Shown here one piece after another: positions 34,533-43,295 of a stretch of 64,000 nucleotides of DNA. Location: NCBI GenBank assembly GCA_965219175.1, contig CBDCNI010000001.1, forward strand, positions 94,026 to 158,025. Direction: 5' to 3'. Numbering within the stretch: position 1 is the first letter of the stretch; each line of letters begins with the position of its first letter. The translations under genes and the position numbers were made by a program. The notes beneath the pieces are model-generated. The model was not told the origin of the DNA and made no database searches. It saw nothing but the letters and a program-made list of their open reading frames with translations. The stretch is from Rubrobacteraceae bacterium (lineage in GTDB: Bacteria; Actinomycetota; Rubrobacteria; Rubrobacterales; Rubrobacteraceae).

Positions 34533-35945
34533 TTATCCACCGGAAGTACCGTTCATTGGCATCTTCAGGGTGAACGTGGAGCCTTTGCCGGGTTCGCTCC
34601 TGGCTTCGACCGTACCGCCGTGGGCTTCGGCGATCTGGCAAGCAATGGAGAGCCCGAGGCCCGCTCCCTCCGTCGCGCGTGCCGTATCAGCCCGATAGAA
34701 ACGCTCGAAGATGAGCGGTAGCTGCTCTTTCGGGATGCCGATACCCGTATCCGAAACCTCCAACAGCGCCCATCCGTCTTCCTCGCGCACCGACACGATC
34801 ACTTCTCCGTCCGCCGGGGTGTATTTCATGGCGTTGTCCAGAAAGATGTCAGCCACTTGCCGGATGCGGTCCCGGTCGAAGTAGCCCTCTACGAGCCCCC
34901 TGGATGGCTGATAGCCGACCGATGGCTTGCCGGCTCCGTTACCGGCCGCCTCCCGGGCTCCTCTCACCGCCTCACCGGCCAAAGCGTCCAGGCTCTGGCG
35001 GCTGCGTCTGAGCGGTACGCCTTCGTCTCCGCGGGCGAGGATGAGCAGCTCCTCCACGAGTGATTTCATGCGCTCCGACTCCCTCTTGATGGCCGCGACC
35101 GCCTTGCGGGCGGCTTCCGGGTCTTCGAGGCCCCACTCGTCGAGCATCCTGGCGTAGCCGGAGATGGAGGTCAGGGGGGTTCTTAGCTCGTGGCTGGCGT
35201 CGGCGGTGAAGCTCCTCTGCCGGGCGAGGGTCTCTTCCCGGCGGGCGAAGGCGGACTCCAGGCGCGAGAGGAGGCGGTTTATCGTCCTCGTCAGACGGCC
35301 TATCTCGTCTCTGCCGTTGGCGACCGGCAGCCGCTTTGAGAGGTCGCCTTCGGTGATCCTACGGGCCGAGTCAACGACGGCTTCTACGGGAGAGAGGGCG
35401 GTCCGGGCCAGGAAGTACGCCCCGACGACCGCGAGCAGCAGCGCCGCCAGCAGCCCCGCCGCCAGCGCCACCCCGAAGACGTTCAGGGCCTCGCGGGCGC
35501 TCTCGTAGGACTTGCCGGCCTCGACCACGCGGGCTCCGCCGTCGGGGGGATTTACCGGCACCGCGTAGACGTAATCCGGCGGCTCCGGCGAGAGGTTCGC
35601 CTCTCCGCCTGTAGGGTTACCGGAGACGAGCATCCGGCGCCAGACAGTATCGGTCTGTCCGTTGTTCCTCGGGACCAGGTTCACCGTCCGGGCCAACACC
35701 CGGCCCTGTCCGTCGCGGACGATCACGTACACGCCGTTCAGGGTGAGGCGTTCGACTTCCTTCGGGCTCAACTTCTTTCCGGCGCCGATAGAGCGGGCCG
35801 CTTCGAGAGCCCGGTCCTGCACCGTACTCTCGACGTTGGACGGCAAGGTCGAACTGAGGGCCGTAAACAGGAAAACGCCGAGCAGCACCAGAATGGTCCC
35901 TATAGCCAGGGCGTTGAAAAGGGTGAGCCGCCAGCGGATGGACAT
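34533..35945 (-). CDS. sensor histidine kinase (HAMP-HisKA-HATPase)
   Basis: Two TM segments. H-box FTADASHELRTPLTSI, N-box FLDNAMKYTP, G-boxes DTGIGIP and GLGLSI. Confidence 0.9.
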   Translation of the reverse strand: MSIRWRLTLFNALAIGTILVLLGVFLFTALSSTLPSNVESTVQDRALEAARSIGAGKKLSPKEVERLTLNGVYVIVRDGQGRVLARTVNLVPRNNGQTDTVWRRMLVSGNPTGGEANLSPEPPDYVYAVPVNPPDGGARVVEAGKSYESAREALNVFGVALAAGLLAALLLAVVGAYFLARTALSPVEAVVDSARRITEGDLSKRLPVANGRDEIGRLTRTINRLLSRLESAFARREETLARQRSFTADASHELRTPLTSISGYARMLDEWGLEDPEAARKAVAAIKRESERMKSLVEELLILARGDEGVPLRRSRQSLDALAGEAVRGAREAAGNGAGKPSVGYQPSRGLVEGYFDRDRIRQVADIFLDNAMKYTPADGEVIVSVREEDGWALLEVSDTGIGIPKEQLPLIFERFYRADTARATEGAGLGLSIACQIAEAHGGTVEARSEPGKGSTFTLKMPMNGTSGG

Positions 35946-35962
35946 AGTCTTTTAGGCTCCTA

Positions 35963-36640
35963 TCAAGACTCTCTCAGGGTGTAGCCGATCCCGCGTACCG
36001 TCTGGATCAGGGGCCGCTCCGCCGGGGAGTCCACCTTTTTGCGCAGGTAGCCGATATATACGTCCACCACTTTTGACTCTAGGTCTACTTCGTGATCCCA
36101 GACCCTCTCCAAAAGCAGGTCCCTGGATAGGACCCGGCGGGGGTTGCGGGCCATGAACTCGAGCAGCCCGTACTCCCGGACAGTCAAGTCTATGTCTCGT
36201 TCTCCGCGCCGGACCTCGCGGGTCGTGGTATTGATCTCCAACTCCGAGAAACGGATCACCTCTTCCCCGTGAGCCCGTCGCACCAGCGCCCCGAGCCTAG
36301 CCAGCAGCTCCTCGACGTGGAAAGGTTTCGTGAGGTAGTCGTCGGCCCCCATATCGAGGCTGTGGACTTTATCCGGCAGGGTGTCGCGGGCGGTCAGCAT
36401 CAAGACCGGCGTCCTGTCTCCCCGCCGGCGCAGCCGTTTCAAGACCCCGACTCCGTCCAATCCAGGGAGCATGATATCCAGCACGACAACCTCCGGCCGG
36501 AAACTCTCCGCGACTTCGAGCGCCGAAGGACCGTCATTGGCGCACCGGACTTCCAGGTTGCGATGCCCGAGCTCCAGCTCCAGAAGCTCAAGGATCGAAC
36601 GGTCATCCTCCACGAGCATCACGCGGGTCCCGGCTCTCAT
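35963..36640 (-). CDS. OmpR/PhoB-family response regulator
   Basis: Receiver VMLVEDD...VVVLDIMLPGLDG...LMLTARD...KP, and a winged-helix output TVRGIGYTL. ATG at 36640. The upstream 150 codons of the track ORF overlap the PAP2 gene out of frame. Confidence 0.9.
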   Translation of the reverse strand: MRAGTRVMLVEDDRSILELLELELGHRNLEVRCANDGPSALEVAESFRPEVVVLDIMLPGLDGVGVLKRLRRRGDRTPVLMLTARDTLPDKVHSLDMGADDYLTKPFHVEELLARLGALVRRAHGEEVIRFSELEINTTTREVRRGERDIDLTVREYGLLEFMARNPRRVLSRDLLLERVWDHEVDLESKVVDVYIGYLRKKVDSPAERPLIQTVRGIGYTLRES

Positions 36641-37362
36641 ACTCTCCCCTGCCTCTCGCGGAGCGAGCGCCACAGCAGGAACGCGCTCCCGACAGTGCTC
36701 ACCCACACCGAGGCCGAGAGATACCCGGCCAAGATGTCCGTCGGATAATGGACGCCCAGGTACAGTCGGCTGAACCCGATGAGCAGCACCAGAGCAACAC
36801 CGACCGCTGCCACCGTCCAGCGCTTCCAACTTTCGAGCCGCAGGGCAAGTAGCAGGGCGAGGGTGCCGTAGAAACCGACGGCGACGGTCGCGTGTCCGCT
36901 CGGGAACGAGTAGAACGAAGCCGTGTAATTCGACTGAAAGAGTTCCGGCCGCGCCCGCTGAAAGACCGCTTTCAGGATGGTTGTCAAGACTATGCCTCCG
37001 GTGGTCGAGATGGCGAGCAGGGCGGCGGAGAGCACGAGTCCCCGGCGGTAGAAGGCGTAGAGTGCGACGAGCAAGAGTGGGACGACGACCCAATAGTAGC
37101 CGAGGGCGGTTATGAGACGCATCGGACCGTCCAGCCAGGCTGGGAACGTAGCGTGGATCCAGAGTAGGACAGATCTGTCGAACCGGCGACTCTCGCCCTC
37201 GACTACCCCGTCGGCCAACTCGGCGAAGGCAACTATGACGGCGATAGAAGCGAGCAGACCGAGCAACAAACCGGCGGTAATGGTCAGGCCCAGGCGGCGG
37301 GAGATCCAGGCGAGAGTTTTACTGAAAATCTGTTTGCCCCCGATAGAGATACGCCCGAACAT
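36637..37362 (-). CDS. PAP2 family phosphatase (membrane)
   Basis: Acid-phosphatase motifs KAVFQRARP, SFPSGHAT and SRLYLGVHYPTDILAG. Its stop overlaps the response-regulator start by 4 nt. Confidence 0.85.
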   Translation of the reverse strand: MFGRISIGGKQIFSKTLAWISRRLGLTITAGLLLGLLASIAVIVAFAELADGVVEGESRRFDRSVLLWIHATFPAWLDGPMRLITALGYYWVVVPLLLVALYAFYRRGLVLSAALLAISTTGGIVLTTILKAVFQRARPELFQSNYTASFYSFPSGHATVAVGFYGTLALLLALRLESWKRWTVAAVGVALVLLIGFSRLYLGVHYPTDILAGYLSASVWVSTVGSAFLLWRSLRERQGRV

Positions 37363-37477
37363 GGGATTTATTTTAAACCGCCGGTGAGACGATGCTTGTC
37401 ATGGCGCTCAACATCCGCTGCTTCCGGCGCGAAACCGGAACACTAGACGCCTTGGAGAGCGCCCAACTTGCGAGAAG

Positions 37478-37518
37478 CAGCGCCCGAAACCAACCTCACC
37501 GTTGTCCCCGGGCGCTGC
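37478..37518 (-). terminator. 10-bp GC-rich hairpin downstream of the usp gene
   Basis: GCAGCGCCCG (37478-37487) pairs with CGGGCGCTGC (37509-37518). A second copy of GGGCGCTGCC at 37523-37532 and a second AGCGCCC upstream allow an alternative pairing. Confidence 0.35.
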
Positions 37519-37538
37519 CTTTGGGCGCTGCCCTTCAA

Positions 37539-37979
37539 TTATCCGTCGCGCACCACCAGGACTGGTTGCCGAGAGTAGCGGACGATACTTTCAGAGTCAC
37601 TCCCCATCAAGGCCCGCTTTATCGTACCCTTGCCCTTACCGCCGACTACGATCAAATCAGCGTTCAGATCTTCACCTAGTTGTATAATTTCATTGTCTGC
37701 TCGCTGTCCGACTCGGAAGTGAGCCCCGGTAATCTCCCCGCCCATACCCTCGATCTGAGAAACCAGGTCGTCCAGGAATTTCTTCTGCTCTAACTTGAGC
37801 TTGTCGTACTCGGTGTCCGACAACTCGCCGCCCAAAACCCACGGAGAGATGATCGCCACGTAAACGACGTGCAACTCGGCCCCGAGCCTGCCCGCCATAC
37901 TGGTTGCCATCCGCAACGCCAACCTCGAATCCTCAGAGTCGTCGGCAGCTAGCAGTATCCTCGTGGGCAACATGTCCAT
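37539..37979 (-). CDS. universal stress protein (UspA family)
   Basis: ILLAADDSEDS... and C-terminal LIVVGGKGKGTIKRALMGSDSESIVRYSRQPVLVV. Confidence 0.9.
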   Translation of the reverse strand: MDMLPTRILLAADDSEDSRLALRMATSMAGRLGAELHVVYVAIISPWVLGGELSDTEYDKLKLEQKKFLDDLVSQIEGMGGEITGAHFRVGQRADNEIIQLGEDLNADLIVVGGKGKGTIKRALMGSDSESIVRYSRQPVLVVRDG

Positions 37980-38366
37980 CGTCTACTTCCTTTCTCTGCC
38001 CCGCGTATACCGTTTAGACAGAAGTCTCGTGAAACCCCGGAGGCCAGATAATTAGACCAACATTGTATAAGACTCGTACAAGCTGCGCGAATCCCTGGTC
38101 CGTAGCGAATATTTCTCGGATTCAGGCCAGAGACCTACCCCATCAAATTTAACAAAACTTAAACGAATACTTGGACATAATGCTTCCATAAGGGTTAGGT
38201 TAGTGTATGGTATCTGGAACGCTACGCACGAGGGCGGCGGAAAATTTCTGGGGATGGCTAGCAGGGTGTTTGGACTAGAGGTCCTGGTTACGACACAACC
38301 TGTAGGCATTCTTTATACGGAGTCGTTCTTTCGCCTGACATGAAGCAGTCGGAGAAGGGGTTTCAG

Positions 38367-39935
38367 ATGATACAAAGGCTCAGGTCTCAGGCGGGTCCAG
38401 TGTTCGTGATTTCGGTTGTCCTGTCTGTATTGTTCGTCTTGTGGGGTGTGCTGTTCAAGGAGAACCTCTCGAACACGTTCACGGCGATCCTGAACTACGT
38501 GATCTCCACCTTCGGGTGGGTTTATTTGCTTGCGGTCTCCGGGTTTCTGGTATTCGTGGTGTACCTGGCCTTTAGCCGCTACGGCAGGATAAAACTCGGC
38601 AAGGATGACGATGAGCCGGAGTTCACGACCTTGGGGTGGCTTTCCATGCTGTTCGCCGCTGGAGTAGGTCTGAGCTTCCTTTTCTGGGGCGTCGCAGAGC
38701 CCGCCTCGCACTTCGGCACGCCGCCTTACGGGGAGGCAAAGGCCGGGACGACCGGGGCAGCCGAGCTTAGTTTGCAATACACATTCTTCCACTGGGGACT
38801 GCATCCGTGGGCTGTGTACGCCGTGGTCGCCATGGCGATCGCCTACTTCAACTTCCGAAAGGACGGGGGAAACCTCATCAGCGCGACTCTCCGGCCCCTG
38901 CTCGGGGATCGGATCGACGGACCTATCGGTAAGGCGGTGGACATACTAGCCATCTTCGCCGTGCTCTTCGGCGTCGCCACGGCGCTCGGGATCGGCGCCC
39001 TGCAGCTCAACGGCGGCTTGAGCTACGTGTTCGGCATCCCGAGCAACAGCACCGTACAAACTCTTATCATCGCTATCCTGACGGTGGCGTTCATGATCTC
39101 CGCGTCCACGGGAATAGGCCGCGGCATCCTCTATCTAAGCCTTATAAACATGGTGATAGCCGTTGCCCTGCTCTTTTTTACTCTCTTCGCCGGACCGACT
39201 GTCTTCTTGCTCAACGTGTTTACCCAATCTATCGGCCAGTATCTCGGGGCGTTGCCACGGATGAGCTTCCAGGCGGGCGCTTTCGCGGACAGCGAGTGGG
39301 CGCAGAGCTGGACGTTATTCTACTGGGCGTGGTGGATCTCCTGGGCGCCGTTTGTCGGTACGTTTATCGCCCGTATTTCGCGGGGACGCACGATTCGGGA
39401 GTTCATCTTCGGCGTGCTCTTCGCGCCGGTTATTTTTAGCTTTTTGTGGTTTACCGTTTTCGGTGGCGCGGCTATGTATCTGGACCTCTACAAGGGGGGC
39501 AGCATCGCCGAGACGGCCGCCAACAACCTGCCCAAATCACTCTTCGATACCCTGACGGCGTTCCCGCTGGGTACCTTGACTTCCATCTTGGCGCTGGTAC
39601 TGGTCAGCGTCTTCTTCGTTACTTCGGCCGACTCGGCTACGTTCGTACTGAGCAGCATGTCCACCAACGGCGCAGTGAACCCGGCCGTGCCGATCAAACT
39701 GACCTGGGGTCTCATAATAGCCTCGTTCGCGGCAATACTATTGTTGACCGGGGGCTTGACCGCCCTCCAGACGGCGACCATCACCGCTGCGGTCCCATTC
39801 ACCGTAGTGATGTTCTGTATCTGCTTCTCCCTGTACAAGTCGCTCTCAGAGGAGGTTCGAGAACCAGAGCCGGAACGCCAGGGTAGTGTCGCCGGAGGTC
39901 CCGCAAGCAAACCGGCCCCGAGCCACGATAAGTAA
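38367..39935 (+). CDS. BCCT family (betaine/carnitine/choline) transporter
   Basis: LGWLSMLFAAGVGLSFLFWGVAEP, the WTLFYWAWWISWAPFVGTFIARISRGRTIREF signature, and 12 TM-like segments. ATG 38367 follows GGAGAAGGGG; the track start is 38340. Confidence 0.9.
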   Translation: MIQRLRSQAGPVFVISVVLSVLFVLWGVLFKENLSNTFTAILNYVISTFGWVYLLAVSGFLVFVVYLAFSRYGRIKLGKDDDEPEFTTLGWLSMLFAAGVGLSFLFWGVAEPASHFGTPPYGEAKAGTTGAAELSLQYTFFHWGLHPWAVYAVVAMAIAYFNFRKDGGNLISATLRPLLGDRIDGPIGKAVDILAIFAVLFGVATALGIGALQLNGGLSYVFGIPSNSTVQTLIIAILTVAFMISASTGIGRGILYLSLINMVIAVALLFFTLFAGPTVFLLNVFTQSIGQYLGALPRMSFQAGAFADSEWAQSWTLFYWAWWISWAPFVGTFIARISRGRTIREFIFGVLFAPVIFSFLWFTVFGGAAMYLDLYKGGSIAETAANNLPKSLFDTLTAFPLGTLTSILALVLVSVFFVTSADSATFVLSSMSTNGAVNPAVPIKLTWGLIIASFAAILLLTGGLTALQTATITAAVPFTVVMFCICFSLYKSLSEEVREPEPERQGSVAGGPASKPAPSHDK

Positions 39936-40936
39936 TGCCGGATATGCGGAAGATCGCCCGGACAATAGCAACGACGACGCTACTGGTGCTACTGCTGGCT
40001 CTGGCTGCGGGTTGTGGTGGACAGAGTCAAGGTCCTCCAGGTAGCGGCAACGGGACCATCGCCGAGAAGTTCGATCTCAGCGGTCCGCAGAACTCCGCGC
40101 AGTTCACCGTGGGTTCCAAGAACTTCACGGAGCAGCGGATACTGGGCGAGATCGCCGTTCAGGCGCTCGAAGCCGCCGGGGCCGACGTGACTGCCCGGAT
40201 CAGCCTCGGCGGCAACGAGGAGGTGCGCCAGGCACTGGTCTCCAACGATATAGACGTGTACTGGGAGTACACTGGGACTGGCTGGTTGGATCATCTAGGA
40301 AACGCAAACCCCATCTCCGATCCCGAGAAGCAATATCAGGCCGTCGCCAGGCAAGACCTCAAAGAGAACAATATAGAGTGGCTCAAACCGGCTCCGGGAA
40401 ACAACACCTACGCGATCGCCGCGAGCCGGAAGACTTCCAAAAAACTAGGTGTCGAAACTATCTCCGACCTCGTGCAACTTACCCGGAAGAGTCCGGAGAA
40501 AGCAACATTGTGCTATGGAGACGAGAACGACTTCAGTAGCCGGGCCGACGGGCTGACGGGGCTGGAAGAGGCCTATGGTTTCAAATACCCCGGAGACAGC
40601 CAGATAGTAGTACCCCTCGACTCGGTGTACAAGAACGTGGCACAGGGCGGACGCTGCAACTTCGGTGTGGTGTTCACGACCAACGGGCTCATCAAGAAAG
40701 AGAACCTCAAACTCCTCAAAGACGACAAAAGCTTCTTCGCCGTCTATAACCCGGCCATCACCATGAAAAAGCAGACCCTCAAAGAGAACCCGCAACTCAA
40801 GGAACTCTTCGCCCCCATATCCAAGAAGCTCACCACCGGGACGCTGCTGCGGTTGAATTCGGAAGTAGACATCCAGGGGAAGACCCCCGCAAACGTCGCC
40901 GAACAGTGGCTCCGGGAGAACGGCTTTATAAAATAG
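39935..40936 (+). CDS. OpuAC-type glycine betaine/choline substrate-binding lipoprotein
   Basis: Lipobox LAAGC. FTVGSKNFTEQRILGEI...IDVYWEYTGTGW is typical of the osmoprotectant-binding (PF04069-like) fold. The ATG overlaps the BCCT stop (TAATG). Confidence 0.85.
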   Translation: MPDMRKIARTIATTTLLVLLLALAAGCGGQSQGPPGSGNGTIAEKFDLSGPQNSAQFTVGSKNFTEQRILGEIAVQALEAAGADVTARISLGGNEEVRQALVSNDIDVYWEYTGTGWLDHLGNANPISDPEKQYQAVARQDLKENNIEWLKPAPGNNTYAIAASRKTSKKLGVETISDLVQLTRKSPEKATLCYGDENDFSSRADGLTGLEEAYGFKYPGDSQIVVPLDSVYKNVAQGGRCNFGVVFTTNGLIKKENLKLLKDDKSFFAVYNPAITMKKQTLKENPQLKELFAPISKKLTTGTLLRLNSEVDIQGKTPANVAEQWLRENGFIK

Positions 40937-41011
40937 CCACGCTTTTGGGACCGCTTTCGGCACGTATAATCCCTGTTGCGGCCGTTCGTAACTGAGAAGA
41001 GGAGGCCCCGG

Positions 41012-42718
41012 TTGCAGAACAACGACATCGTCCGCGCTCTCGAAACCATCGTGACGCTCATGGAGATCAAAGACGAAGCCCACTACCGGGTCCTGGCCTA
41101 CCAGCGGGCAGCCGAATCCGTAGGCTCTCTTGGCCGCCCGGTCACGGAGGTCGAGAACCTCAAGGACCTGCCCCACATCGGCGCCACGACGGCGGAGGTA
41201 ATAAGGGAACTCTCGGAGGATAGGACCCCCGAGATCCTCGCGGAACTAGCGGAGGAGATCCCCGCCGGTCTGGTCGAAGTCACCCGGCTCCCTAACGTTG
41301 GGCCGCGCACCGCCGGGAGGCTCTGGCGGGATCTGGACATCACGAACGTGGAAGAATTGGCCGACCTCGAAGAGGGACGACTCGCCGCCCTGAAAGGCTT
41401 CGGTAAGAAGAGCGAGGAAAGGATCCTACGCGCCGCCAGGACCTACAACGCCACCGAGCGCCGGATGCTCCTGGACGATGTGACAGCGCTCGGCGAGCAG
41501 CTACTCTCGTTTGTCCGCTCCCATCCATCCACCGAGCGGGCTGAGGTCGCCGGGTCCCTCAGGCGTCGCAAGGAGACAATCGGCGACCTGGACATCGTCG
41601 CCGCGAGCAAGGATTCCGGCTCTCTAGCGGACGCCTTCGCCGAGGCGCAATTCGCCGACGAGGTGGTCGCCCACGGGAACACGAAGGTCTCGATAGTATG
41701 CGGCGGCGTTGACGTAGACTTGCGGATCGTGGCTCCCGAGGCTTTCGGGACGCTGCTCCACCACTTCACCGGCAGCCAGGCCCACAACATCGTCCTGCGC
41801 GAGCGGGCCGTGAAGATGGGCCTTAACATCTCAGAGTACGGACTGGCGGAGGCCGGGACCGGCGACTATGAGCCCGTCGCGACGGAGACAGAGCTTTACG
41901 AAAGGCTAGGCCTCTCCTACATCCCGCCGGAGTTGCGCGAGGATTCGGGCGAGTTGGAAGCCGCCGAGAAGGGCGAGCTGCCGGCCCTGATCGAAGTCGA
42001 TGATATCCGGGGTGACCTGCACGTCCATACTAACTACTCCGACGGCAAGGGCACCATCGAGAGCATGGCCGAAGCCGCCATCGAGCTCGGGTACGAGTAC
42101 CTAATCTTCTGCGACCATTCCCAGAGCCTGAAAGTCGCGAACGGCCTCTCCCCCGAACGCCTCAAGAACAAGCTCGAAGCTGTCCGAAAAGCCGACGAGA
42201 GATACGACGAGATACACCTCCTCTGCGGCTCCGAAGTAGACATCCTCAAAGACGGCTCCCTGGACTACGAAGACAGCCTACTCGCCGATCTGGACTTCGT
42301 AGTAGCGAGCGTCCACACCTCTTTCGGGGTCGGCGAAGAAGCTATGACCGAACGCATCATCCGGGCGATAAACAACCCTTACGTCCGGACCATCGGCCAC
42401 CCCACGGGCCGCATCCTGAACCGCCGCGAGCCCTACGCCGTGAACGTCTCTCGCCTCATACAGGAAGCCGCTGCCACGAATACCGCCCTGGAGCTAAACT
42501 CCTACCCCAACCGTCTCGACCTGGCCGTCCCCTACGTCCGGGAGGCCATGAACAACGGTATCCGCATCACCATAGACACCGACGCCCACGACGAAAGCTC
42601 CCTGAGCCTCATAAAGTTCGGGGTCGCACAGGCGCGTCGGGCGTGGGTAGAGAAAGAGAGCGTGATCAACTGCCTGTCTTGGGCCGAGTTCAAGGAGCTT
42701 TTGAAGGTCGGGAAGTAA
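41012..42718 (+). CDS. polX: DNA polymerase X family protein with C-terminal PHP domain
   Basis: HhH motifs (LPHIGATTAEVI, LPNVGPRTAGRL), nucleotidyltransferase GSLRRRKETIGDLDIV, and PHP GDLHVHTNYSDG...CDHS. TTG 41012 follows GAGGAGG. Confidence 0.85.
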   Translation: MQNNDIVRALETIVTLMEIKDEAHYRVLAYQRAAESVGSLGRPVTEVENLKDLPHIGATTAEVIRELSEDRTPEILAELAEEIPAGLVEVTRLPNVGPRTAGRLWRDLDITNVEELADLEEGRLAALKGFGKKSEERILRAARTYNATERRMLLDDVTALGEQLLSFVRSHPSTERAEVAGSLRRRKETIGDLDIVAASKDSGSLADAFAEAQFADEVVAHGNTKVSIVCGGVDVDLRIVAPEAFGTLLHHFTGSQAHNIVLRERAVKMGLNISEYGLAEAGTGDYEPVATETELYERLGLSYIPPELREDSGELEAAEKGELPALIEVDDIRGDLHVHTNYSDGKGTIESMAEAAIELGYEYLIFCDHSQSLKVANGLSPERLKNKLEAVRKADERYDEIHLLCGSEVDILKDGSLDYEDSLLADLDFVVASVHTSFGVGEEAMTERIIRAINNPYVRTIGHPTGRILNRREPYAVNVSRLIQEAAATNTALELNSYPNRLDLAVPYVREAMNNGIRITIDTDAHDESSLSLIKFGVAQARRAWVEKESVINCLSWAEFKELLKVGK

Positions 42719-42743
42719 AGGTAGTTTACGCTCGCCGCCAGAG

Positions 42744-43208
42744 CTACATGCTGTGGGTATTTCGTAGTAGCTGTAGGGCTCTCTCTTCGTCGCCTTTCAA
42801 GGCCATCTGTAGAGGTGTTTTGCCTGCGTCGAAATGCTCTTGAGTCATAAAGTAGTTTAACGAACGGGGTGTGTATCCTAGCTCCCCACTGAGAGCAGTA
42901 AACCGTCCGAGGAAAGATACAGTCTGCCAATCATCGTCGAACTGCCAGAGTGGATAATAGAAACCTTCGCGGTACGCAATCTGAAATGCCAAGAGTAGAC
43001 CTTCCGCGCGCAAGTCACTCACGCGCTTCGCGGAATACCCAGGCAACTCACAAAGCGTTGTCTCTGGGAGGCTATATTCCTCCAGCTCCCGAGCATGTAA
43101 GATCATCTTGAAGGTGCTCTCTATTTTTAGACGCTCATAAACACCATCAGGCATATCTGTCGGATCCTCGACAAGCAAATTCTCCGAGCCCGGAGGTTCG
43201 GATCTCAA
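42744..43208 (-). CDS. hypothetical protein with DUF2384 (Xre/MbcA/ParS antitoxin C-terminal)-like tail
   Basis: The C-terminal HFDAGKTPLQMALKGDEERALQLL resembles the toxin-binding domain of RES-Xre antitoxins. Sampled GC is 26/60 at 43081-43140. The frame stays open upstream to the TAA of the preceding gene. Confidence 0.45.
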   Translation of the reverse strand: MRSEPPGSENLLVEDPTDMPDGVYERLKIESTFKMILHARELEEYSLPETTLCELPGYSAKRVSDLRAEGLLLAFQIAYREGFYYPLWQFDDDWQTVSFLGRFTALSGELGYTPRSLNYFMTQEHFDAGKTPLQMALKGDEERALQLLRNTHSM

Positions 43209-43295
43209 GAGAGCATGTACTTCTCTCAGCAGTTGCGACGAACCATTTACCAGAGCGTCTTTGAGTTGTTCGGCCTCTGCTTCTATCGCTGCTCC

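Noticed and set aside
36641-37093. N-terminal extension of the response-regulator ORF (376-aa version)
   Set aside because: The extension overlaps the PAP2 gene in another frame and is Arg/Pro-rich. The receiver domain begins right after ATG 36640, which overlaps the PAP2 stop in the usual coupled fashion.
38052-38309. 85-aa minus-strand ORF in the usp/BCCT intergenic region, and a possible glycine or other known riboswitch there
   Set aside because: The ORF has no SD and an odd composition. I could not find glycine-riboswitch consensus elements. The region is reported only as an unexplained long leader.
42744-43208. RES-domain toxin partner for the DUF2384-like ORF
   Set aside because: No RES-like ORF is adjacent on either side. 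The neighbouring gene looks UDG-like instead, so a classical RES-Xre toxin-antitoxin call is not supported.
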